Below, piece by piece: positions 28,701-39,363 of a DNA stretch of 64,000 bases. The notes under the pieces were generated by a model. That model ran no database searches. It was not told where the DNA came from and saw nothing but the letters and a program-made list of their open reading frames with translations. Every line of letters starts with the position of its first letter. The stretch's first letter is position 1. The stretch comes from Candidatus Falkowbacteria bacterium (GTDB lineage Bacteria; Patescibacteriota; Patescibacteriia; UBA11705; JACRDX01), in NCBI GenBank assembly GCA_043798985.1, contig JAZDOE010000018.1, positions 8,057 through 72,056 of the forward strand, given 5' to 3'. The position numbers and the translations under genes were made by a program.

Positions 28701-30287
28701 ATGGATTATAAGGTTTGCATTTTAGCTGCTGGCGCGGGGACACGAATGGGAGAGTTTTCAAATGTTATAAATAAAGCGGTACTTCCCATCAACTTTAAGG
28801 CCGTAATTTCCCATATTATCGAAAAATTTCCTAAGGAGATTGAGTGCGTTATTGCGGTCGGTCATAAAAAAGAAACCGTACAAGATTATTTGACGATTGC
28901 GCACACGGATAGAAAAATTACTTTTGTAGAGGTTGATAAATACATTGGACCGGGTACAGGACCAGGGTATTCATTGCTTAGCTGTAAAAATCAGCTACAA
29001 TGTCCTTTTATTTTTTTTGCCGCAGACACACTCGTGTTGGAAGAAATTCCAGAGCCAGATAAGAATTGGTTTGGCATTGCGCCGGTAAAAGAGACAGAAA
29101 AATATTGCACGGTAAAAATAAAAAATAATTTGATTTATCAGCTCGATGACAAAGTCAAAAATGACAATAAATTCGCGTTTATAGGGTTGGCGGGCGTAAA
29201 AGATTATCAACAATTTTTTGAAGCATTGGAGAAGAATAAAGAAAGTATAAGTGGAGAAATACAGGTTTCAAATGGATTTAGAAAATTGGTTGATAGTCAG
29301 CTGATTCCCGTGGGATTTACTTGGTTTGATACTGGTTCTATAGAAAATTACGACAAAACAAATAAAAATTTTACTGCGGAGATTAAAAAATTCGACTTTA
29401 GCAAGGGGCAGGGAGATGAATTTTTGTACTTCGTAAATGGCAAAGTGATCAAATTTTTCGCTGATCAAAAAATTGCTGCTAACCGTTATGCGCGCGCGCA
29501 GAGTGCGTTAAAAGGATTGTGCCCCAACATAGAAGCCTATCGTGGGAGTTTTTATTGTTACAAAAAGGTTGATGGGCAAACGCTATATAGCATTTTGAAT
29601 AGACAGACTGTAAAGAATTTTTTGGTTTGGGCGAAGACGCATCTATGGAAAAAGCAATTGCTTTCCGAGATTGAAAATGAAGAGTTTTGGGCCGCCTGTA
29701 AAAAGTTTTATATAGATAAAACAACGAAGAGATTGCAGTCGTTTTATGAAAAAACAGGCATAGAGGATGGATATACATATATAAATGGAGTCTATGTGCC
29801 GCCGCTAAAAAATTTGTTTGATAAAGTCGATTGGGGGCAGATTACAGATGGTACGCCGAGTAATTTTCACGGAGATTTGCAATTTGATAACATTTTGGTA
29901 ACGCGTGATATCGTGAGCAACTTAGAGAAATTTATTTTGCTTGATTGGCGACAAGATTTTGCTGGTTTGACAAAGATCGGAGATCTTTACTACGATTTCG
30001 CAAAATTATACGGGGGAACCATTATTTCATATCAATTAATAAAGGAAGGCCTATTTTCGTTTGACATGAGCGGCGCCAGTGTTTATTACAATTATCACCT
30101 AAAAAACGATTTGATCGAAGCAAAAGATGAGTATGAGGCGTTTATAAATAAAAATGGATTTGATTTGAAAAAAATAAAAACTATAACCGCGATTATATTT
30201 TTGAATATGTCTCCCTTGCACAAAGAGCCGTTTAATTTGATGCTGTATTTCATGGGGAAGAGTATGCTTTATAAAGTAATTAGTTGA
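28701..30287 (+). CDS. Nucleotidyltransferase fused to choline/aminoglycoside-kinase-like phosphotransferase
   Basis: ILAAGAGTRM N-terminus; HGDLQFDNI and LDWRQ kinase motifs. Confidence 0.8.
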   Translation: MDYKVCILAAGAGTRMGEFSNVINKAVLPINFKAVISHIIEKFPKEIECVIAVGHKKETVQDYLTIAHTDRKITFVEVDKYIGPGTGPGYSLLSCKNQLQCPFIFFAADTLVLEEIPEPDKNWFGIAPVKETEKYCTVKIKNNLIYQLDDKVKNDNKFAFIGLAGVKDYQQFFEALEKNKESISGEIQVSNGFRKLVDSQLIPVGFTWFDTGSIENYDKTNKNFTAEIKKFDFSKGQGDEFLYFVNGKVIKFFADQKIAANRYARAQSALKGLCPNIEAYRGSFYCYKKVDGQTLYSILNRQTVKNFLVWAKTHLWKKQLLSEIENEEFWAACKKFYIDKTTKRLQSFYEKTGIEDGYTYINGVYVPPLKNLFDKVDWGQITDGTPSNFHGDLQFDNILVTRDIVSNLEKFILLDWRQDFAGLTKIGDLYYDFAKLYGGTIISYQLIKEGLFSFDMSGASVYYNYHLKNDLIEAKDEYEAFINKNGFDLKKIKTITAIIFLNMSPLHKEPFNLMLYFMGKSMLYKVIS

Positions 30288-30293
30288 TAATTT

Positions 30294-31301
30294 ATGCTGC
30301 GGCAACCTTTGACATCTACCATAGGGATCGGTCCTATGAGCTCTGAAATTATTGAGGCTGTTTTTCGTTTTTCGCATTACCACAGAAAACAGTTGATGTT
30401 GATCGCGTCAAAAAATCAAATTGATCATAGCGGTGGCTATGTAAATAATTGGAATACTGCACAATATGCGGCATTTATTGCAGAAATAAAAAAAATATAT
30501 CCAATGAGCGATGTAAAAATTTGCAGAGATCATTGTGGACCTGGATTCAATGGAATCGACGAGATAGCCGATTGTTATAAAACAATAGAAGATGATATAA
30601 AAAATGGCTTTGACCTGATGCACATTGATTTCTGTCATTTTAAAGGTGATAAAGGACAGCAGTTGGAAGAAACTAAAAAGGCAATAGAATATTGTTTAAA
30701 ATTACGACCTGATATCTATTTGGAAATTGGCACCGACGAAAATTATGGCGCAAATTATAACCTTCCAATTTTGGAAGAAATTGCACGAGAACTGGATTAT
30801 TTTAAAAATTTTTGCGTGCCTGAGTTTTATGTTGTGCAAACAGGCACGGTCGTTAAAGAAATCGGACAGGCAGGACACATTAACAAAGAGGCCGTTGAGC
30901 AAATCAGCGCAATCCTTAAAAGTAAGGATGTAAAATTAAAGGAACATAACGCTGATTATCTTTCAAAAGACGAGATCGTTTCCAGAAGAGGGATTGTGGA
31001 TGCCGTGAACATTGCTCCGCAGCTTGGGGTTGTTCAAACAAAGATTGTTTTGTCAAAATGCCTAATTTATGGAATAGATCCGTCAGAATTTTTGGAAGAA
31101 GTTTATAAAAAGGGTAAGTGGAAAAAGTGGATGGATAAAAATACCATGGAAAACAAGTTGCTTTGTTGTGAAATTGCAGGGCATTATCATTTCGCTTCTG
31201 ATTCTTATAAAAAAATTATTTTAAAATTAGCAGAACGAGAAGAGATTAAGGAAAACTTGATAAGTGTTGCGTCAGATATTATATCGCATTATTTAACTTA
31301 G
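30294..31301 (+). CDS. TIM-barrel protein resembling the GatZ/KbaZ (tagatose-bisphosphate aldolase accessory / epimerase) family
   Basis: IASKNQID..GGY, RDHCGP, HID, EIGTDE, KEHNADY, NIAPQLG. Confidence 0.65.
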   Translation: MLRQPLTSTIGIGPMSSEIIEAVFRFSHYHRKQLMLIASKNQIDHSGGYVNNWNTAQYAAFIAEIKKIYPMSDVKICRDHCGPGFNGIDEIADCYKTIEDDIKNGFDLMHIDFCHFKGDKGQQLEETKKAIEYCLKLRPDIYLEIGTDENYGANYNLPILEEIARELDYFKNFCVPEFYVVQTGTVVKEIGQAGHINKEAVEQISAILKSKDVKLKEHNADYLSKDEIVSRRGIVDAVNIAPQLGVVQTKIVLSKCLIYGIDPSEFLEEVYKKGKWKKWMDKNTMENKLLCCEIAGHYHFASDSYKKIILKLAEREEIKENLISVASDIISHYLT

Positions 31302-31321
31302 TATTTAATTAATTTAATTTT

Positions 31322-31699
31322 ATGTATCCTAAAACGGTGATAAAACCATGGGGCAAGGAGATTTGGTTAGAATTAAATGACAGATATTGCTATAAGAGGA
31401 TTTATATTAACGCCGGAACCAGGACGAGTTTTCAGTATCATGAAAAGAAACAAGAAACAAACTACATTATTGAAGGCGAGGCGGAAGTGTGGTTGGAGAA
31501 TGAAACCGGTGAAATCGCAAAAAGGAAAATGGGCGTAAATGACTTTTTTAATGTTATTCCTCCGCGGAAGCACAGAGTTATTGCGATTACTGACTTGATT
31601 CTTCAAGAGGTTTCTACCCCTGAAGTTGATGATGTCATTCGAATTGAAGACGATGCTGCTCGACCAAGCGGAAGAATTGCGGCAGAGCACAAGAATTAG
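31322..31699 (+). CDS. Cupin (mannose-6-phosphate isomerase type II C-terminal-like)
   Basis: KPWGKE, SFQYHEKKQET, HR, EVSTPEVDDVIRIED. Confidence 0.85.
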   Translation: MYPKTVIKPWGKEIWLELNDRYCYKRIYINAGTRTSFQYHEKKQETNYIIEGEAEVWLENETGEIAKRKMGVNDFFNVIPPRKHRVIAITDLILQEVSTPEVDDVIRIEDDAARPSGRIAAEHKN

Positions 31700-31719
31700 C
31701 GTTTTGCAAATAAAAAGAT

Positions 31720-32994
31720 ATGCGGTTGTGTTTTTATAATCCGCACGCGATAATCAATGCCACAGGTGAAACCGTCGTATCAAGATTGGCACAATTTTTT
31801 GGTACTAACAAAAAAAAACTGAGAAAGCACGTTCAGAAATATTCATTTTTGTTAAATATTTTAAGAAACAAAAAATACAAAACGGCCATTATCGTCGATG
31901 GCGCAGAAACTTCGTTCGGAGCGGTTTTAAATAGAATCTTGCTCCTTAAAAATAATCAATTCATCTACTGCGCGATCTCTTTTGTAGAAATATACATTTG
32001 GTGTTTGTTAAACAAAATAAATCCATTGAAACAAACGATAATTTTCAATAAAAAAAGATTGCGAATAGACGAAGATATTTTGTTTGGCTTTGCGTTCTGT
32101 TCGGAGTTATTTTTAAACGAACAATTACTGAGTAAAAGTATAATGAAATCCTTTAACGGTCTAAAGATCTTGCATGCTTCTCATTTTTATAAATTTACAA
32201 AACGCGTCGCTGAGAATGTTCATAAAGCGGGAATTAAATACATGGTTGCAGAAACCGATCTGAAAAAGTCGCCGTATTTTAATAAGTTTTTTGGTTTTAT
32301 TGAAAAAGTGTATATTCTGCCACATGTTTTGAGAGAAAAATATATAAAAATTACGGATTTCGCAAATAGAAAAAATATTTGCCTTGCGCTGGGAACGCTT
32401 GTGATTGAAAGTGCGCAGGACAAATCCAACCAAGACTATTTGGAATTTTTCAAAATAGACACATTGCATCCGATGAGAAAAATCATTTTTGAAAATAAAG
32501 ATAATCTTCCGCAAATTGATTGTTGCATTAACCTTCATAATAAAGACAGGATGGTGATTTCGCAAAAATCAAAATGGTACAACAAAAACGGTTTTTTCAA
32601 ATTGTTCTACGATTTATTTTTTTTAGCAGAGGGAAAAGAATATCACAGCATGGACATTGTGAAAAAATATAATGAATATAAAATGTTTATCGCGCCCGAA
32701 GAAAATATCGGTTTAACCTCTATAAACGTATGCGAAGGAATGGCTTGCGGCTGCGCGTATATAGGGCTGGATAGCGATATGTATAAAGATATGGGCATGA
32801 TTGGCACGCAACATTATATTGCGTATGACGGCATGTTTGAAGATTTAAAAAATAAAATAAATTATTATCAAAATCATCCGAGCGAGCTGGAACAAATCGC
32901 GCAAAACGGTTATGTGTTTGCGCACGAAAATTTTGCGGAAGAAAAAGTGGTCGCAGATTTTTGGACTTACTTGGAAAAATTGATACAACGATAA
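31720..32994 (+). CDS. Glycosyltransferase-like protein (CgeB-type C-terminus)
   Basis: EGMACGC...YY..HP.ELEQIA.NGY C-terminal GT-B motif. Confidence 0.7.
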   Translation: MRLCFYNPHAIINATGETVVSRLAQFFGTNKKKLRKHVQKYSFLLNILRNKKYKTAIIVDGAETSFGAVLNRILLLKNNQFIYCAISFVEIYIWCLLNKINPLKQTIIFNKKRLRIDEDILFGFAFCSELFLNEQLLSKSIMKSFNGLKILHASHFYKFTKRVAENVHKAGIKYMVAETDLKKSPYFNKFFGFIEKVYILPHVLREKYIKITDFANRKNICLALGTLVIESAQDKSNQDYLEFFKIDTLHPMRKIIFENKDNLPQIDCCINLHNKDRMVISQKSKWYNKNGFFKLFYDLFFLAEGKEYHSMDIVKKYNEYKMFIAPEENIGLTSINVCEGMACGCAYIGLDSDMYKDMGMIGTQHYIAYDGMFEDLKNKINYYQNHPSELEQIAQNGYVFAHENFAEEKVVADFWTYLEKLIQR

Positions 32995-35576
32995 TGAAAA
33001 ATTGTTTTAATTCAGTACGGTCTATTAAGATTGGCATTATTTTTTTAACATGTCTTTTCTTTTTAATTTTGCTGATTCTATACTCTCAAAATTATTTGCT
33101 TTTGGGCGGGGAGGGGAATTATATTACTGATTTTCAGCTCACAAAAGACGCGGGGATTTTTACATGGGTTTCGCACATTCAAGGATTGGGATTTCCAAGC
33201 CCTATCTTAAATGCGCTTCGTGGAATTTTCGACCTATTCGCGCTGCTACAAAAATTAACGCTTTCTTTTAAGGTTGCAAATATTGTAAGTGCTTGGCTGG
33301 TTTATATTCTGCCCTTTCTTTCAATGTTTTGGCTGTTAAGCAAAATATTGAAAAGGAGTTTTCCCCTTGCGTATTTTGTTTCATTATTTTATATCATAAA
33401 TCCTTTCAGTACGTTCCATTTACAAGGATTAATGTTTTGGAATATTGCGCTGCTGTTTGTTCTGCCTTTGATTTTCGGCGTGCTTTATAAATATTATTCT
33501 CATGGCTTAAAACTGTTTTTCTTTTTTGGATTGTTGACCAGTCTCTTATCCTTTTCGCTCGCGAATATTCCTTATTTGGGTATTTTCCAGATTTTTTTAT
33601 TCAGTTCATTGATTATAATTCCCTACATGCAAGAAAAAACGCCGCGCGTCCGCGCTGTTGTTAAAAATATCGTCATAACGGAACTAAGTTTTTTGCTTTT
33701 TAACGCGTGGTGGTTTTTAAATCTGTTGCGTTTTCAGATGCAGGACATTGGTCTTTATTATACAAAAGAATTTGCCGTTAGTTGGGCGCAGGCTTATGCG
33801 GGCGATGGAAGTATAATAGCGAAACTTTTCTCATTAACTTCATTAATTTCAAGCAACGATGATAATTTTTTTGCAAGTTTTTTTTACAGCATTCCGATGA
33901 GGCTGATTCTGCTTGTGCCATTTGGATTACTTACCTTTCAGTTTTTTATAAAGCCAAGCAAAGAATATTCTGTTGATAAAAAAATTGTTTCAATTCTCGC
34001 GCTTTTCGTTGCAGGGATTATGTTTTTTGCCAAAGGCGCGAATCAACCACTCGGCGAGCTGTATATTTGGATGCTGAATCACATTCCGTTTTTTATTATC
34101 TTCAAAAGTCCGATAGAAAAATTTTCTTTGCTTTTTGTCTTTTTTTTGGCGCTCACGATGATTTATGTTTTTAAAAATATAAAAACCAAATGGGCGTATT
34201 GTTTGTTTGCAGTTTACCTGACCGCGTGCAGCATCCCATATCTTAGTTTGAATTTTATGCCTGATTTTAGATTCGAAAAAGGCGCCCAAGGAGAAGAGGA
34301 TAAATATATTTCCAAAAAATATGTTTATAAAGAAAATTATTTTGCGGCGGCAGAATCGCTCAATAAACAAAAATTAGAATGTCGATATTTAAGTTTGCCC
34401 GGCTCAGCGAATTACCAGGTAACTTTATTGAACCATGATGGCAATAAATATTACCGCGGCATGGATCCATTCGTTTATTCGGTTAATAAGCCTTTTATTA
34501 CATCCTACTCAACGCCCGCTTTGAATTTTATATTTTACGGTCTCTCGAACGATTCCATTGAAATTTTTTTAAACGCGTTTAATATAAGAAAGATAATCGT
34601 AAATCAAGATCTCTATCCATCATTTGGCAGGGTGGAGAAGGAGCTTCCCGAAGAATTGATAAGTATTTTTTCTAAAAAATATAAAAAAGAAGATTTTAGC
34701 CCAATAACAGTTTTTAGCGTGAAAGATTTTTTGCCGCTTATTTATGTCCCACGCAATTTGATAGTAGCGGAAAACGCTACTGAGCTATCTGCTATTCTTT
34801 CGGAAGCAGATTATAAAATTGATTCGGCGATTTATTTTAAAAATCAGCTTAGTGATAAGGAGACGCAGCCATCTCTGGCGGCAAAAGGCGTCCTTCCGGC
34901 GGTAGAATTCAAAAGAATCAACTCGATTAAATATCGCGTCGTTTTGCATCAAGCGCACGGTGAGTTGCCTGTAATTTTTAACGAATCGTTTCATGCTGGC
35001 TGGAAATTGTATCCGACAAATTTGCAGTCGGTTGATAGCGTTGGTCTGCAGAACAGGCTTGCAGATTATAATATTTTGGATGGCAACGAAGATGATCAAG
35101 CGACAATCGATGAGGTTAAAAATTATATTCAACAAGGATTTATAACCTCGCTTGGCAACGGCAAAGAAAAGACGGTAAAGCATTGGCGACTAGTCGTTGA
35201 TAAGAAAAAATTGGATTACATAGAAAAATATAAAATTGATTTTGTATCTAAAAATTTTCATGGCACAATTCAAAATAATAATCTTATCGATGGAAATTTT
35301 TATGAGACATGGCGATTCAATTCGCTTGCTAACCATGGCAGCCATGTAAAAGTGAATGGTTTTTTTAATAGTTGGATTATTAACGTGGACGATATTTGCG
35401 CTGGAAAAACGTTATGCCAGTGGAATCCTAACGGAACCTATGACATGGAATTAATTTTAGAATTTTCGCCGCAACGATTATTTTATTATGGGCTGGCGAC
35501 GTCTATCGCAACACTGTTTTTGTCGCTCGCATCTTTGTTCTTTGTGAGTTTAATAAAAAAACACGCGAAACAATAA
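32994..35576 (+). CDS. Large polytopic membrane protein, GT-C-like (YfhO/AftD-like architecture)
   Basis: >10 TMs, FYIINPF, FKSPIEKF, large extracytoplasmic domain with FNESFHAGW, C-terminal TM. Confidence 0.6.
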   Translation: MKNCFNSVRSIKIGIIFLTCLFFLILLILYSQNYLLLGGEGNYITDFQLTKDAGIFTWVSHIQGLGFPSPILNALRGIFDLFALLQKLTLSFKVANIVSAWLVYILPFLSMFWLLSKILKRSFPLAYFVSLFYIINPFSTFHLQGLMFWNIALLFVLPLIFGVLYKYYSHGLKLFFFFGLLTSLLSFSLANIPYLGIFQIFLFSSLIIIPYMQEKTPRVRAVVKNIVITELSFLLFNAWWFLNLLRFQMQDIGLYYTKEFAVSWAQAYAGDGSIIAKLFSLTSLISSNDDNFFASFFYSIPMRLILLVPFGLLTFQFFIKPSKEYSVDKKIVSILALFVAGIMFFAKGANQPLGELYIWMLNHIPFFIIFKSPIEKFSLLFVFFLALTMIYVFKNIKTKWAYCLFAVYLTACSIPYLSLNFMPDFRFEKGAQGEEDKYISKKYVYKENYFAAAESLNKQKLECRYLSLPGSANYQVTLLNHDGNKYYRGMDPFVYSVNKPFITSYSTPALNFIFYGLSNDSIEIFLNAFNIRKIIVNQDLYPSFGRVEKELPEELISIFSKKYKKEDFSPITVFSVKDFLPLIYVPRNLIVAENATELSAILSEADYKIDSAIYFKNQLSDKETQPSLAAKGVLPAVEFKRINSIKYRVVLHQAHGELPVIFNESFHAGWKLYPTNLQSVDSVGLQNRLADYNILDGNEDDQATIDEVKNYIQQGFITSLGNGKEKTVKHWRLVVDKKKLDYIEKYKIDFVSKNFHGTIQNNNLIDGNFYETWRFNSLANHGSHVKVNGFFNSWIINVDDICAGKTLCQWNPNGTYDMELILEFSPQRLFYYGLATSIATLFLSLASLFFVSLIKKHAKQ

Positions 35577-35596
35577 ACGAAATTTTCTGAAAAGCT

Positions 35597-36709
35597 ATGA
35601 CTAAAATAAAAATAATTTTAAACTGGCTTAAAAACATAAAAGTCATTTATAATCTTCGAGAATTTTTTGTTTTTTATCTATCAAAATTTTCAGAATTTAA
35701 AAAGCTACCCGCTGATAAAAAATATTTACTCTCTAATTACGGTTTTGTCGGTAGTTATTGCTCGCGGCTTTTTGTTGACCATGCTCCTGTTTTTATGGAA
35801 TCGGAAATAAAAAATATTGCGGAAAAGGTTTTTGACGATGAGGATTCAAGGAAGTTATATTATCTGTTTTTTTTAAGGCAAATGCATTGCGCATATTTTG
35901 TTGATGGTTGGGAAAAATATTATGATGACGAAAGAACGTTTGAAGAAAAATTGAGGAAAATAAAATCTGCTATAGCAAGCAATGTTATTTTTGTGGGGAA
36001 CCTTTTTTTCACTAAAACAAAGAAGAAAAAAAAATTTATTCTAAACTTTACAAACGGTGCAACTTATATTTTGCCAATCAATTGGTTTGAGATAAGTGTT
36101 TTTTGCATGAAGCTCGGATTGCCATACTTAAAAGCCGAATATCTTAGTTATATAAAAAGGGGGAACGTCATAGATGCGGGCGCGTTCGTGGGGGACAGTA
36201 GTATTGTCTTAGCTGAATACACCGACGAAAAAGTATTTGCTATAGAAGCACACGCGGAAAATTTTAAATTATTGGAAAAAACAGTAGCGTTAAATAATCT
36301 ACAAACCAAAATAATTGCTTTAAATGCAGCGCTGGATAGAGAAGTCAGGCGGGTTAATATTATCAGCAGTGGCGCGGGTGCGCGAACGGCTGTCGCTGAC
36401 GGTCAATTTTGCACCGTTTCGACTGTGACTTTGGATAAGTTATTTGAAAACAAAAGTCAAAAAATCAGCCTCATAAAACTTGACGTGGAGGGATTTGAAA
36501 TGAATATACTCTTAGGCGCCGATCAGGTGATTCGGCGAGACAAGCCAGTCCTTTTTGTCTCTATTTATCATAGTGGCGAACAATTTATTAACGTTCCGTT
36601 ACAACTTAAAGAAAAATACTCGGATATTTATAGTTTTAAGTTTATTGATTGTAATCCCGTTCATCCGTTGGCGGAAAAGGTTTTGTTGTGCTTGCCTAAA
36701 GATGTTTGA
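35597..36709 (+). CDS. FkbM family methyltransferase
   Basis: IDAGAFVGD, AIEAH, IKLDVEGFE. Confidence 0.88.
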   Translation: MTKIKIILNWLKNIKVIYNLREFFVFYLSKFSEFKKLPADKKYLLSNYGFVGSYCSRLFVDHAPVFMESEIKNIAEKVFDDEDSRKLYYLFFLRQMHCAYFVDGWEKYYDDERTFEEKLRKIKSAIASNVIFVGNLFFTKTKKKKKFILNFTNGATYILPINWFEISVFCMKLGLPYLKAEYLSYIKRGNVIDAGAFVGDSSIVLAEYTDEKVFAIEAHAENFKLLEKTVALNNLQTKIIALNAALDREVRRVNIISSGAGARTAVADGQFCTVSTVTLDKLFENKSQKISLIKLDVEGFEMNILLGADQVIRRDKPVLFVSIYHSGEQFINVPLQLKEKYSDIYSFKFIDCNPVHPLAEKVLLCLPKDV

Positions 36710-38406
36710 TTCCAAAAGTTGATATGCGATTTCCTAGTAAAAAAAACATGGTTTCACTGCTGCCCTATTTTCTGATTATTTGCGCAATTGCGCTGCCGTG
36801 GTTTTTATCTTCTGCATATTTATTTTTTGTGGATTTATCATGGGGGCCAATTATTAATATTGATTGGCATGGATCTTATTTGTTTCTTACGCTGATATTT
36901 AGATTGTTAACATACTTTTTGTCGAGTGCCCTTGTGGAAAAAATTTTTATTTCAGCGATCTTGCTATTTATTCTTTTAGGCGGAAGAGCGTTAGTTATGT
37001 CGGTTTTGAAATTATGTCAGAACGATGCGTTGGATGGTCATAATGGAGTAGTTTTTGTTTTAAGTTTGTTTTTACTGTTTAATCATTTTGTTTATGATCG
37101 TGCGCTGTATGGGCAATTTGGTATTCTCGCGGCTTATGGTGCATTGCTTTTTTTGTTTGCTTACTCATTGAGAACGTTGAAAGAATTAAATCCACGGTAT
37201 TTGATTTACGCGATAGCGTCAGCTACGATCAGCATAATGTTTGCAATTCATTTCATTTTTTTGGTTGCGATAATTTTTTTGTTATTATTTTGGGGCTTAT
37301 TTGCACAACAAAAGTTAATTAGAGCACGGAAGTTGAATAAGTCTCTTTGGCAAGCGCTGTTCCTTTCCGTGCTAATATTTTTGATTCTTAATGCAAATTG
37401 GTTGGCATTTTTTTTCCTCGGTGAAGGTGCATCACTAATTGCGCAAGATATTGGCCGACAAGACTTAAATATTTTTAAAACCGCGGGTATAACGCAAACA
37501 GAAGCAGTGTCGAACGTCTTTTTTATGGGGGGGTTCTGGGCAAAGGATATGAATCGGTATGTTGACATGGCCGCTTTAAAACAAAACTGGGGTAGAAGTT
37601 TTTTTCTGTTATTGCCATTAATTTGCTGGGGTGTGATAAAAGGATTACGAAACAGCAAACAAGAGCCGAATTTGTTTTATTTCACAATTGGTTTGATAAT
37701 AATTTTTGCTACGACGTTTATTTTAGCATTAGGAATAAGTACGCCATTTAGTAGCAAAATAACATTATTGCTATTTAACAACTTTCCGCTTTATAAAGGA
37801 ATGCGTGAACCGCAAAAATGGGTAGCGCTCATTGTAATCATTTACACAATATTTTTATCTATCGGGGTAAAAGAATTTTTTAAATTAAAAATCATTGCTA
37901 AAGATCATATTTTGTTTAAAATTATTTTGACGCTGGTGATTATTATGCAGGCTCCGTTGCTACTTTGGGGATTTGGCGGGCAGATAAAACCGGTTGATTA
38001 TCCAAAAGATTGGTATAGGGTTGATAAGATTACCGCAGGCAATGCGATATCTCAAAAATGCGATGATAAAATTTTATTCTTACCATGGCATATGTACATG
38101 GGATTTCAGTGGGTTGGCCGTGTCATTGCCAATCCGGCAAAAGTATTTTTCCAATGCCCTGTTATAAGCGGAACAAATATGGAAGCAGGCCCGATTTATG
38201 ACAATAGCGGTGACCCAACGGGACAAAAAGTCGCGGCATGGATTTCTGCTCAGGGTGAAACCAACTTGTTTGTTTCAGAAAAAATAAAATATATTATTTT
38301 AGCCAAAGAAGTAGATTGGCAAGGTTACGCTTGGATAAATTCTTTGACAAATTTGCAATTGATTAAAGATTCTGAAACGCTTAAACTATATAAAGTAGTT
38401 GAATAA
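36706..38406 (+). CDS. Polytopic membrane protein, GT-C-like
   Basis: FNHFVYDR..GQ, MREPQKW, YP.DW, LFLPWH; many TMs (ATG 36724 is an alternative start). Confidence 0.6.
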   Translation: MIPKVDMRFPSKKNMVSLLPYFLIICAIALPWFLSSAYLFFVDLSWGPIINIDWHGSYLFLTLIFRLLTYFLSSALVEKIFISAILLFILLGGRALVMSVLKLCQNDALDGHNGVVFVLSLFLLFNHFVYDRALYGQFGILAAYGALLFLFAYSLRTLKELNPRYLIYAIASATISIMFAIHFIFLVAIIFLLLFWGLFAQQKLIRARKLNKSLWQALFLSVLIFLILNANWLAFFFLGEGASLIAQDIGRQDLNIFKTAGITQTEAVSNVFFMGGFWAKDMNRYVDMAALKQNWGRSFFLLLPLICWGVIKGLRNSKQEPNLFYFTIGLIIIFATTFILALGISTPFSSKITLLLFNNFPLYKGMREPQKWVALIVIIYTIFLSIGVKEFFKLKIIAKDHILFKIILTLVIIMQAPLLLWGFGGQIKPVDYPKDWYRVDKITAGNAISQKCDDKILFLPWHMYMGFQWVGRVIANPAKVFFQCPVISGTNMEAGPIYDNSGDPTGQKVAAWISAQGETNLFVSEKIKYIILAKEVDWQGYAWINSLTNLQLIKDSETLKLYKVVE

Positions 38407-38410
38407 AATT

Positions 38411-39151
38411 ATGGCAGCAAAAGAAAAAACGCGCAACATATTGAAGTTTTTGTTGAATGATATTGCGGAAATTTTTCCTTTGCTGTTTGTTTTCTATGCT
38501 GCTGCTTTTTTGCTATCCTTAGTTTTTGAATCATGGAAATTGTATTTTAATTGGCCAATATTCCACGTTAACATTTTAATTTTGGGTTTGTTTAGTTTTT
38601 TGAGCGAATACGGACGCAAAAAATTTGCTACGATAGTTTCTTTTATAAAAGTAGAGGCAAAAAAAATCGTTGCGTCAACGTTAAACAAATCAATGTTCCG
38701 TGATAAAAAAGTAAACATTCTTAATTTACTATTCATTATTTCAGAAATCGCGATTACGTATATTTTTGCGATCATTAAACGAGCAGTAATTGGTTTGCTA
38801 AAACTTATTATTAAAATCATCGCGCTTGCTTTGGATATTCGCCAGCAAGGATTTAAAAACTATTTAAAATTTGTTTTGCTTGCAATTATTTTAACCTTTG
38901 CGATTACGAAAGGAGCAAATGTTGTTGAATTACTGATTTGGATTTACGCGTTTCGTGCGATATTTGTAGGCATTGATAGTCGCATTAGCGCTGGTATTGC
39001 TTTGGCCTTGTTGGCAACCTGCCCGATTTTATTAATTTTAAAAAAGAATGCGATAGCCGAACAATCTGCTGTTTTTGCGTATTATTTTTTGGTTATAGTT
39101 GTAATCACGCAAATTATTGAATTACGCCGCGAATCAAAAACAAAGAAATAA
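38411..39151 (+). CDS. Membrane hypothetical protein
   Basis: Hydrophobic ORF, AEQSAVFAYYFL C-terminus. Confidence 0.6.
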   Translation: MAAKEKTRNILKFLLNDIAEIFPLLFVFYAAAFLLSLVFESWKLYFNWPIFHVNILILGLFSFLSEYGRKKFATIVSFIKVEAKKIVASTLNKSMFRDKKVNILNLLFIISEIAITYIFAIIKRAVIGLLKLIIKIIALALDIRQQGFKNYLKFVLLAIILTFAITKGANVVELLIWIYAFRAIFVGIDSRISAGIALALLATCPILLILKKNAIAEQSAVFAYYFLVIVVITQIIELRRESKTKK

Positions 39152-39363
39152 TGGAATTTATCCACAAGCCAGATTTTTAAAAGTATTGTAAAAAGAGTAT
39201 AATATAAATGTAGAAATTTTATAAATAATGAATTCAACGTGAGGCGCCGTAGATTATTCTATTTTTGGATCCTCTCCTTAAGGGGATAGAATAGTTTATA
39301 AAGCCAATAATCACAAACGGGTCGGGTGGTTAAAAGCGTTGAAATAAAGAAAGGAACACGAAA

